Notes under the pieces: generated by a model | What the model was told of the DNA's origin: nothing | Databases searched by the model: none | The model's input: only the letters and a program-made list of their open reading frames with translations | Made by a program: the position numbers and the translations under genes | In this document: piece after piece, positions 56,234 to 64,000 of the stretch | Layout of the letters: each line of letters begins with the position of its first letter | Position numbering within the stretch: the stretch's first letter is position 1 | Assembly: GCA_038142325.1 (NCBI GenBank) | Contig: JAYQJW010000002.1 | Location: forward strand, 288,001-352,000 | Source: Gammaproteobacteria bacterium | Lineage (GTDB): Bacteria; Pseudomonadota; Gammaproteobacteria; GCA-002705445; GCA-002716945 | Direction: 5' to 3' | DNA: 64,000 nt

Positions 56234-57118
56234 ATATATTTAAAGGAAGTATGGTTGCAATAGTAACACCCATGAATGAGGACGGCTCCTTAGATTTTAA
56301 CTCGCTAAAAAATCTTATTGAATTTCACATAGAAAATCAAACAGATGTAATAATTTCTGTAGGAACAACTGGTGAATCAGCAACATTAGATTTTGATGAA
56401 CATTCACAAGTTATAAAAAAAACAATTAGATTTCGTAAATGGAAGAATACCAGTAATTGCTGGAACTGGAGCTAATTCTACAACTGAAGCAATTGAGCTA
56501 ACAAAAAGCGCTAAAAATAATGGAGCAGATGGATGTTTGCTTGTGACACCTTACTATAACAAACCTACCCAAGAAGGCCTTTACCAACATTACAATAAAA
56601 TTGCAGATGAGGTAGACATACCACAAATACTATACAATGTACCTGGAAGAACTTCGGTTGATATGCTGCCTGAAACAGTATTTAGATTATCAACACATGA
56701 AAATATTGTTGGCATTAAGGAAGCGTCAGGTAATAAAGAAAGATCAGAAACTCTTATGAAATTATGTTCTGAAAACATCAAAATTTTTACTGGGGATGAC
56801 AAGACATCTATGGGAGATATTATTGATGGCTTCAGCGGCAATATTTCTGTAACTGCAAATGTTGCTCCTAAAATGATGCACGAGATGTGTCATTTTGCTG
56901 CAAAAGGAGATTCAGCAAAGGCATCAGAATTAAACAATAAGTTAGATATTTTGCATGACTCGTTATTTTGTGAGTCTAATCCAATACCTGTAAAGTGGTG
57001 TTTGAATAGAATGGGTCTTATCAAAAAAGGTATAAGATTGCCATTAACATGGATGGATGAAAAATATGATGACACAATGAACAAGGCGCTTAATGAATCA
57101 GGAGTACTGAGTGAATAA
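56230..57118 (+). CDS. dapA: 4-hydroxy-tetrahydrodipicolinate synthase (frameshift near 56425)
   Basis: GTTGES, PVIAGTGANST, VTPYYNKPTQ, LYNVPGRT, GIKEASG, ESNPIPVK. Confidence 0.95.
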
Positions 57119-58194
57119 GTTTACTCAAATTATATGTTTATCTGTAATAATTTCAGGATGCTCCGGACTTTCTGATTATGCAAAGAATATTTTATCTGAT
57201 CCAAGAAATGAAAAGTTGGTTTATAAAACTGATAATGATTATTCATCAAGCCAAATAGATTTAATTATTCCACCTGATTTATCGCAACCAAATACAAGGA
57301 ACTCACTTACTTTGCCTGAAATTGTAAACAATGATAGTGAAAAACTTTTCACCATCGATTCTGAATTAGAAAATATAAAAATTTTTAAACAGGGTAAGGA
57401 TATGTTCTTAGCTGTAAATACTGATAATAAGATTGACTTATGGAATCAAATTAAAGAATTTTGGCTTCAAGAGGGTTTTCAAATTCTTAATGAGGACATT
57501 ACTATTGCTTCTATAAGAACAAATTATCTAGAGAATTTAAGCGAGGCTCAGCTAGGTACTATACAAAGAGTTGTTGGAAGGTATGTGCCACTTCTGGTTT
57601 CACCAGAGACTAGAGATAGTTACAGCACTAGGCTTATAAAAAAAGAAAATGGCTATGACATATTCATAACCCATTATGGCAAAGAATTCATGTCAGATGG
57701 AGATACAGATTTTAGATGGCAAAATAGACCTAGAGATCCAGAATTTGAAAACGAAATGATTAGCCGAATGTACATTTATCTTGGTGGTGACGAGGCTAGA
57801 GAGGCCGGACTTATTGTCTCAAAGTCAACTGGAATAAAAAAAAGCTTCAATTTTCACCGATGAGCAAGGATTACAAACATTATATATTCCTGATATATAT
57901 GAACGTGTTTATCCTACAGTGATAACATCGCTTGAGATTTTAGGAGTAAATATTATTAATCAAGATCAGTCAAGCGGAACCATAGAAGTCACACTTGAAG
58001 ATAAAGTAGCATCCAGTCAAGGATTTTTCGCTAACCTCTTTGGAACAAGTACTTCCGAAAACTTGAATATAAAAGTTGGTCTAGGTGACCAAGGTAAGTC
58101 AACTCTTATTACTATTGAAAATGACACATTCACACAAATAAATAGTCCAGCTTCAGAAGAGGTTCTAAGGGGACTTTTTGTAAACTTAAGATAA
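57111..58194 (+). CDS. bamC: Outer membrane assembly lipoprotein BamC (frameshift near 57840)
   Basis: Lipobox ISGC, LIIPPDL, FWLQEGF, WQNRPRDPEFE; follows dapA. Confidence 0.8.
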
Positions 58195-58200
58195 TTTTAT

Positions 58201-59013
58201 CTAACTATCTTTTACTTTGTGAATTTGCGCGTAGGCAGAGTGATTATGTATCGATTCAAAGTTTTCTGATTCAACAACATATTCTGTAACTCTGTCATCA
58301 TTGTTAAAATGAACTGCTATATCTCGAACCATATCTTCAACGAATTTAGGGTTATCGTATGCTCTCTCGGTAACAAACTTCTCATCTGGTCTTTTCAATA
58401 GTCCATATAACTCGGATGATGCCTCTTTTTCAACAATATCTATTATTTCTTCAATCCATATAAAGTCATTGATAGTTACTGTAATTGTCACATGAGACCG
58501 TTGATTATGAGCGCCGTAGTCAGATATTTTCTTTGAACAAGGACATAAACTTGTAACCGGTACGAGAACTTTAACTTTCAATTTCGATTTACCATCTTCT
58601 ACCTCACCAATTAACGACACAGTATAGTCCAATAAACTCTGAACTTTTGACACTGGTGCAGTTTTATTGATAAAGTATGGAAATTTCATTTCTATATGTC
58701 CCGACTGTGCTTCAAGTAATATAAGCATCTCATCAATCATATTTTTAAATGAATCAACTGTAATTTGATCTTCATGTTTATTTAGAATATGTACAAAACG
58801 TGACATATGCGTGCCTTTAAAATCATGGGGAAGATTTACATACATATTAAAGTTTGCAATCGTTGATTGATTTTTACCGGACCTTTGCTTTATTACCATG
58901 GGATGTACAATGTCTTTAATACCAACTTTGTTGATTGGCATGTTTCGAGTGTCTGCTTGTCCTTGAGTATCAGGTAAGTTATTGATTTCTAATTTTGATT
59001 TATTTGTAGACAT
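58201..59013 (-). CDS. folE2: GTP cyclohydrolase FolE2
   Basis: [42 protein letters not shown]. Confidence 0.96.
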   Translation of the reverse strand: MSTNKSKLEINNLPDTQGQADTRNMPINKVGIKDIVHPMVIKQRSGKNQSTIANFNMYVNLPHDFKGTHMSRFVHILNKHEDQITVDSFKNMIDEMLILLEAQSGHIEMKFPYFINKTAPVSKVQSLLDYTVSLIGEVEDGKSKLKVKVLVPVTSLCPCSKKISDYGAHNQRSHVTITVTINDFIWIEEIIDIVEKEASSELYGLLKRPDEKFVTERAYDNPKFVEDMVRDIAVHFNNDDRVTEYVVESENFESIHNHSAYAQIHKVKDS

Positions 59014-59029
59014 TATATCCCCTTATAGT

Positions 59030-59398
59030 CTAATTTGAATATATTACAGCTGAACTGTTTGTTTCCCACAACTTAATTTCACTGACTTTAATGTTATCAG
59101 TATTAATATTTTTTGATAGTTCTTTATAAATATATTTTGAAATATTTTCTGCCGTAGGGTTATTTTCAATGAATGGTTCTAAATCATTTAAATATTGGTG
59201 ATCTAACTTAGAAATGATATTTTCAAGTTCGTTTTTTATGTCTTTAAAATCAATTACCATACCTATTTTGTTGATTTGTTCACCTTCAACCTTTGCTTCG
59301 ACTACCCAATTATGACCATGCATTCTTTTACAGGCACCAGGATGACCTATAAGTATGTGTGCCGAGGAAAATTCTTTTTTTACAACAAGCCTAAACAT
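59030..59398 (-). CDS. queD: 6-carboxytetrahydropterin synthase QueD
   Basis: FSSAH, CKRMHGHNW (C-x3-HGH), LDHQYLND, PTAEN, WET. Confidence 0.93.
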   Translation of the reverse strand: MFRLVVKKEFSSAHILIGHPGACKRMHGHNWVVEAKVEGEQINKIGMVIDFKDIKNELENIISKLDHQYLNDLEPFIENNPTAENISKYIYKELSKNINTDNIKVSEIKLWETNSSAVIYSN

Positions 59399-59403
59399 TT
59401 ATA

Positions 59404-61290
59404 TTATTTAACTACTTTTTTATCGTTTGCAATTCGATTGTATATCTCATTGATTTTAAACTCTAATGATTTTTTATCTAAACCAATTTCCTTATATAAT
59501 TCATCTTGACTACCATGAGATATAAATTTGTCTGGTATTCCAAAATTAGTCACATTCACCTGATACCCTTTTTCATTAATGTATTCATTTACAGCAGAAC
59601 CGGCTCCACCTAATATAACATTCTCTTCTATGGTTACTATGTGATTATGTGTTTTGGAGATATCATCTATAACTTCATTATCTAAAGGTTTGGCAAATCT
59701 CATATCAACAAGAGTAAGTGTTAGTTTTTTTGAAATATCAATAACATTATTTAACAAAACACCAAAAACAAGAATAGCAATGCTTTGACCTTCGTTAACA
59801 ATCTTAGATTTACCAATAGTTAAAAAATCATCACATGATATTTTCTTACTACCATTCGTATTGCCTCTTGGATATCTAACTGCCGAGATACCTTTATAAT
59901 TTAAACCTGTGTTTAACATTAATTGCATTTCCTCTTCATTAGATGGAGTCATCAGAACAATATTTGGAAGTATTCGCATAAAAGAGATATCATAAATTCC
60001 ATGGTGTGTCTCACCATCAGCACCTACAAGTCCTGCTCTGTCAATGGCAAACATTACGTTAAGATTTTGTAGATTAACATCATGAATTAATTGATCATAT
60101 GCTCGTTGAAGAAATGTTGAATAAATAGCAACAATTGGTTTTAATCCTCCAATTGCTAAACCAGCAGCTAGTGTTACAGAATGTTGTTCAGCTATTCCTA
60201 CGTCAAAAAATCTATCTGGATAATTATTTTCAAACTCAACTAAACCAGAACCTTCTCTCATTGCAGGTGTAATTGCAACAAAATTAGAATTCTTTGATGC
60301 AGCACGATTAATCCAATCACTAAAAATATTAGTGTATGAAATTGTATCTTCAGATTTTTTATCACTTGCGCCGGTTTTTACATTAAATGGCGTGACTCCA
60401 TGATATTTAACTGGGTCCATCTCAGCAATCTTATAACCTTTACCTTTTTTTGTTATGATATGGAGCAGTTGAGGACCTGATTTAAGTTTTAAGTTATTCA
60501 AGACCTTGTTAAGAGACTTAATATCATGCCCATCTATAGGTCCGTAATAACTAAACCCCATCTCTTCAAATAATTGTCCTGGGGATAAAATATTTTGTGT
60601 ATTGTCTTTAATCTTTTTTAATATTTTTTTTAAAGGATGTTTATCACCTAACAATCGATCACTTTTTTGTTTTATAGTCGACAGAGTTTTACCAGATAAA
60701 ATTTTGGTAAGGTAGTTGTTCATCGCACCAACGTTAGGCGATATGGACATTTCATTATCATTGAGTATTACAAGTATATCTTTTTTAAGATAACCTGCAT
60801 GACATAGGGCTTCATATGCCATGCCTGCTGTCATTCCTCCGTCTCCAATAACAGAAATAATTTTATAATCTTGTTTTTTTAAATCTCTTGCTATGCACAT
60901 TCCAACTGCAGCACTTATTGATGTGCTTGAATGTCCAGCACCAAAGACGTCATATTCACTCTCATCAATTTTAAGAAAACCTGATATCCCTTTATATTTT
61001 CTTATTGTATGTAATTTCTTTTTTCTCCCAGTGAGTATCTTATGCGGATAACATTGGTGACCAATATCCCAAATAATTTTATCTCTAGGTGTATCAAATG
61101 TGTAGTGAAGAGATATAGATAACTCAACAGTTCCGAGACCTGCAGCAAGATGACCACCAGTTTTCGAAATCACATCTAAAATATAATTTCTTATATTATC
61201 AGCGAGAAGTTCTAATTCATTATCGTTGTATTTTTTAAGGTCAGAGGGATAATCAACTTCATCCAAAAATGAATAATCATTACTTTTCAT
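59404..61290 (-). CDS. dxs: 1-deoxy-D-xylulose-5-phosphate synthase
   Basis: GGHLAAGLG, WDIGHQ.YPHK, GAGHSSTS, DVGIAEQH, DRAGLVG. Confidence 0.97.
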   Translation of the reverse strand: MKSNDYSFLDEVDYPSDLKKYNDNELELLADNIRNYILDVISKTGGHLAAGLGTVELSISLHYTFDTPRDKIIWDIGHQCYPHKILTGRKKKLHTIRKYKGISGFLKIDESEYDVFGAGHSSTSISAAVGMCIARDLKKQDYKIISVIGDGGMTAGMAYEALCHAGYLKKDILVILNDNEMSISPNVGAMNNYLTKILSGKTLSTIKQKSDRLLGDKHPLKKILKKIKDNTQNILSPGQLFEEMGFSYYGPIDGHDIKSLNKVLNNLKLKSGPQLLHIITKKGKGYKIAEMDPVKYHGVTPFNVKTGASDKKSEDTISYTNIFSDWINRAASKNSNFVAITPAMREGSGLVEFENNYPDRFFDVGIAEQHSVTLAAGLAIGGLKPIVAIYSTFLQRAYDQLIHDVNLQNLNVMFAIDRAGLVGADGETHHGIYDISFMRILPNIVLMTPSNEEEMQLMLNTGLNYKGISAVRYPRGNTNGSKKISCDDFLTIGKSKIVNEGQSIAILVFGVLLNNVIDISKKLTLTLVDMRFAKPLDNEVIDDISKTHNHIVTIEENVILGGAGSAVNEYINEKGYQVNVTNFGIPDKFISHGSQDELYKEIGLDKKSLEFKINEIYNRIANDKKVVK

Positions 61291-61483
61291 CGTCTAAGAC
61301 TTTAATAATCTGTTTAGCTTCGCTTAGTGCTTTTTGACACTTTTTAGACAATTCCACACCTTCTTTATACTTCTCTAAAGACTCTTCCAATGACAGTTTA
61401 TCAGATTCAATTTCTTCTAATATCTCTTGAAGTTTTTTTAGGTCATTTTCAAAGCTACTTATATTGGTTTTTCTTTTATTCAT
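61280..61483 (-). CDS. xseB: Exodeoxyribonuclease VII small subunit
   Basis: SFE..L..L, LSLEESL..Y.EG..L...C...L. Confidence 0.9.
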   Translation of the reverse strand: MNKRKTNISSFENDLKKLQEILEEIESDKLSLEESLEKYKEGVELSKKCQKALSEAKQIIKVLDDEK

Positions 61484-62738
61484 TTTCGACTTCTTTAATA
61501 ATAGCTTTTTCTACAAAATTTTTATTAACTTCCATTACTTCTATAATAATATTATCTTGTTTAAATGTCATACCTGCTTTTGGTATCTCTTGCAAAGATT
61601 CTAGGATAAAACCATTGATTGTTGTTACTGAGACATCAGACAAGCTTATTCCAAGTTTTTTATTAATATCCCTTAGTTGTACTGAACCATGAATTTCTAA
61701 TTTATTTTGCGATAGTTGTTTGATTAATTCATTTTTATCATCGACTATACTATATTCACCAACTATTTCCTCTAGAATATCGTCAAGTGTCAATATACCT
61801 TTTATGTCTCCATATTCATCAACAACACAGCCAATTCTCTTCTTTTCTTTTTTAAAAGTTATTAGCTGGCTTAGTAACGATGTATCTTCAGGTATGAAGT
61901 AAGGCTCTGTAACATAATCCAAGAGCGCATCTATGTTAATAATATCATTATTTTGAATCATTGAAGGGATATGTTTTTTATTTAGAAAACCTTTTAGATT
62001 ATTCAAAGAATTTAAATAAATAGGCATCCTTGTGTGATTTATATTAATCAATTTATCGTTAATTTTTTTGATATTGTCTTCTAGGTCAATGCCCTCAACT
62101 TCATTTTTTGGTATCATTGCTTGCTGTACTGTAACCTTTTGTAGATCAAGCAAGTTTAAAAGCATTTCTTCATAATTTTCCGTAATCTTACTTGACGATT
62201 CTTTTACTATTGTTTTTATTTCTTCATTAGAAAGATTATCTGTCTCTTTAGCCTTACTATTTGCGCTAAAGATACTCAAAATAAAATTAGAAAAAATATT
62301 TATAAAAATTACTACTGGAGAAAATAATTTAAGCGAGTAGTAAAATATAAATGAAATTTTATATGCAATTATATCTGAATATCGAGATGCAAATGTTTTT
62401 GGTGTAACTTCAGAAAATACCAAAATCATAAAAGTTAGTATGCCGGCACCAATCGCGACACCTTTATCTCCATATGTTTCTATGGCAATAATTATTGTTA
62501 TTGCTGACGCAAGTATGTTGACAAAGTTATTAAGCAAGAGAATTAAACCTAGAGTTCTATCTGTATGTCTTAGTAAATAATCTACTCTAATAGCTGACGA
62601 TTCATTATTCTTAACTCTATGTTTGAGTTTATATTTGTTAACGCTCATTAATGCTGTTTCAGAACCAGAAAAAAAGGCAGATAAAAATAAAAGCACTATT
62701 AATATAATAATTAGAGTATCTAATGTTAGTGAGCTCAT
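61476..62738 (-). CDS. CNNM/HlyC/CorC family transporter (YfjD-like)
   Basis: SAFFSGSETA, EVTPKT, CBS pair, VVDEYG, LEEIVGE. Confidence 0.92.
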   Translation of the reverse strand: MSSLTLDTLIIILIVLLFLSAFFSGSETALMSVNKYKLKHRVKNNESSAIRVDYLLRHTDRTLGLILLLNNFVNILASAITIIIAIETYGDKGVAIGAGILTFMILVFSEVTPKTFASRYSDIIAYKISFIFYYSLKLFSPVVIFINIFSNFILSIFSANSKAKETDNLSNEEIKTIVKESSSKITENYEEMLLNLLDLQKVTVQQAMIPKNEVEGIDLEDNIKKINDKLININHTRMPIYLNSLNNLKGFLNKKHIPSMIQNNDIINIDALLDYVTEPYFIPEDTSLLSQLITFKKEKKRIGCVVDEYGDIKGILTLDDILEEIVGEYSIVDDKNELIKQLSQNKLEIHGSVQLRDINKKLGISLSDVSVTTINGFILESLQEIPKAGMTFKQDNIIIEVMEVNKNFVEKAIIKEVENE

Positions 62739-62746
62739 TACTTAAA

Positions 62747-63517
62747 TTAACCTATGAATAATTTTGTGCCTAGGTAAGCTAATATCAGGAAAATTAATCC
62801 ACCAATAGTCATGTTTGCTGCAGTAATATCATTTAATCCATATACTGATCTTCTAAAGAGCAAATAAGAATAAGTAACCCATGCAATTAATGAAAAAATA
62901 ATTTTTTGAATATTTTCAGAATCTACTGTATCTGTCATGTAAGGCATTCCTGTGAGAAGAGAAAGTGTGAGGAGAACAAAACCTCCGATAAGTAACCTAA
63001 GCATAATTTTACCCATTTCTTCGATTGATGGATAGGAATTGAGCAATGTTGAGTGATGAATTTTCTTAATATTTTTAATTTGATATCTTAATAAAAAAGC
63101 TTGGAATCCTGCAAGAAAAAGAAAACCGTATGATGATAGGGAAAATATTATATGTATATATAAACTTTTCTCCACATTAGTTCCATCATTAGGTAAGTCA
63201 AACAAGATAAATGTTAGTAGTGATAAAAAAATTATCGGATTAAGTATAAGCCCAATATAGTCCACAGGTTGATAATAATTAAGTACTACGTAAAAGAGGT
63301 TAATTATAAAAAGTATGATAAATAGTGAGCTGACGAAACTAAAAATATTGAAAGGATATGCTAAGTTGAACACAAATAAAGTAAATAAAAATAATCCTAT
63401 CATTCTAAGGTAGACGATAGTATTAGGTATTTTACAATCTCTTCCTTTGTAGAGATTTAGTAAGCACAAAGACATGGCTAAATAGATAATTCCTAAAATA
63501 TGAGGCAAGTAGGGCAT
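62747..63517 (-). CDS. Cytochrome c assembly family inner membrane protein (YpjD-like)
   Basis: HIIFSLSSYG, PSIEEM, KIIFSLIAW, LAYLGTK; upstream of yfjD-like gene. Confidence 0.8.
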   Translation of the reverse strand: MPYLPHILGIIYLAMSLCLLNLYKGRDCKIPNTIVYLRMIGLFLFTLFVFNLAYPFNIFSFVSSLFIILFIINLFYVVLNYYQPVDYIGLILNPIIFLSLLTFILFDLPNDGTNVEKSLYIHIIFSLSSYGFLFLAGFQAFLLRYQIKNIKKIHHSTLLNSYPSIEEMGKIMLRLLIGGFVLLTLSLLTGMPYMTDTVDSENIQKIIFSLIAWVTYSYLLFRRSVYGLNDITAANMTIGGLIFLILAYLGTKLFIG

Positions 63518-63692
63518 TATTATTAATTGCTAAATGCTAGATTATAAGCTTCATATATGATTTCACAGTCCATCTGAGTAGATTATATCTAAATTTATCC
63601 TTTATTAGATTAATATTTTGAGATTTTTAACCAAAAAGTATGAGTTTTTTATTTGTGGTGATATAATCACATGATTCTAAATTGAGGTATAA

Positions 63693-64000
63693 ATGGTTAG
63701 AGTAAGACTATCAAGAGGCGGCGGTAAGAAAAGACCTTACTATCATATTGTTGTTGTTGATCAAAGGTCCAGAAGGGATGGAAAGTGCTTAGAGAGAATT
63801 GGTAGCTATGACCCTAATCTAGACACTGAGAAAAGGATTACCCTTAAACAAGATAGACTCGAGCACTGGGTTAATCTAGGAGCTCAAATGTCAGACAGAG
63901 TAAGGTTACTGCAAAAATAGTCTTTAGATCCAAAAAATATAGAGAACAGGCAAAAAATCAAAGCCTCTCTTTTAGAAAAAAATAAAGCTAAAAAGCTAAA
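63693..64000 (+). CDS. rpsP: 30S ribosomal protein S16 (TAG at 63918-63920; same frame stays open to window end)
   Basis: MVRVRLSRGGGKKRPYY.IVV.D.R.RRDG..LE.IG.YDP, GAQMSDRV. Confidence 0.95.

Overview
AT-rich (roughly 30% GC by eye), very gene-dense chromosomal segment of what looks like a streamlined, probably marine Gammaproteobacterium. This rests on core synteny: mreBCD-gatCAB, hemA-prfA-prmC, ispE-tRNA-Gln-prs-rplY-pth-ychF-tRNA-Met, ccmDEFGHI, moeB-moaADE, purMN/hda, dapA-bamC, xseB-dxs-queD-folE2 and ypjD/rpsP. Many homopolymer frameshifts and several in-frame stops fall in essential genes; they are best explained as uncorrected long-read errors. Two accessory blocks stand out. (1) About 21.9-30.9 kb, starting at a 3'-damaged tRNA-Met, is a metal-homeostasis island with three apparent sensing modes. 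These are a CsoR-type operator over an OMP/MerP-like/MerT-like/CsoR operon, a near-consensus Fur box over a tiny beta-barrel-type protein, and a His-rich CxxC...RAPP leader ORF without a signal peptide in front of a ZnuD-like TonB-dependent receptor (a candidate metal-sensing ribosome-arrest switch). (2) About 37.2-42.7 kb is a PTPS-IV-type biosynthetic cluster of unknown product. lolB, ispA and ffh are missing from their usual positions. No rRNA, CRISPR array, integrase or transposase was seen.
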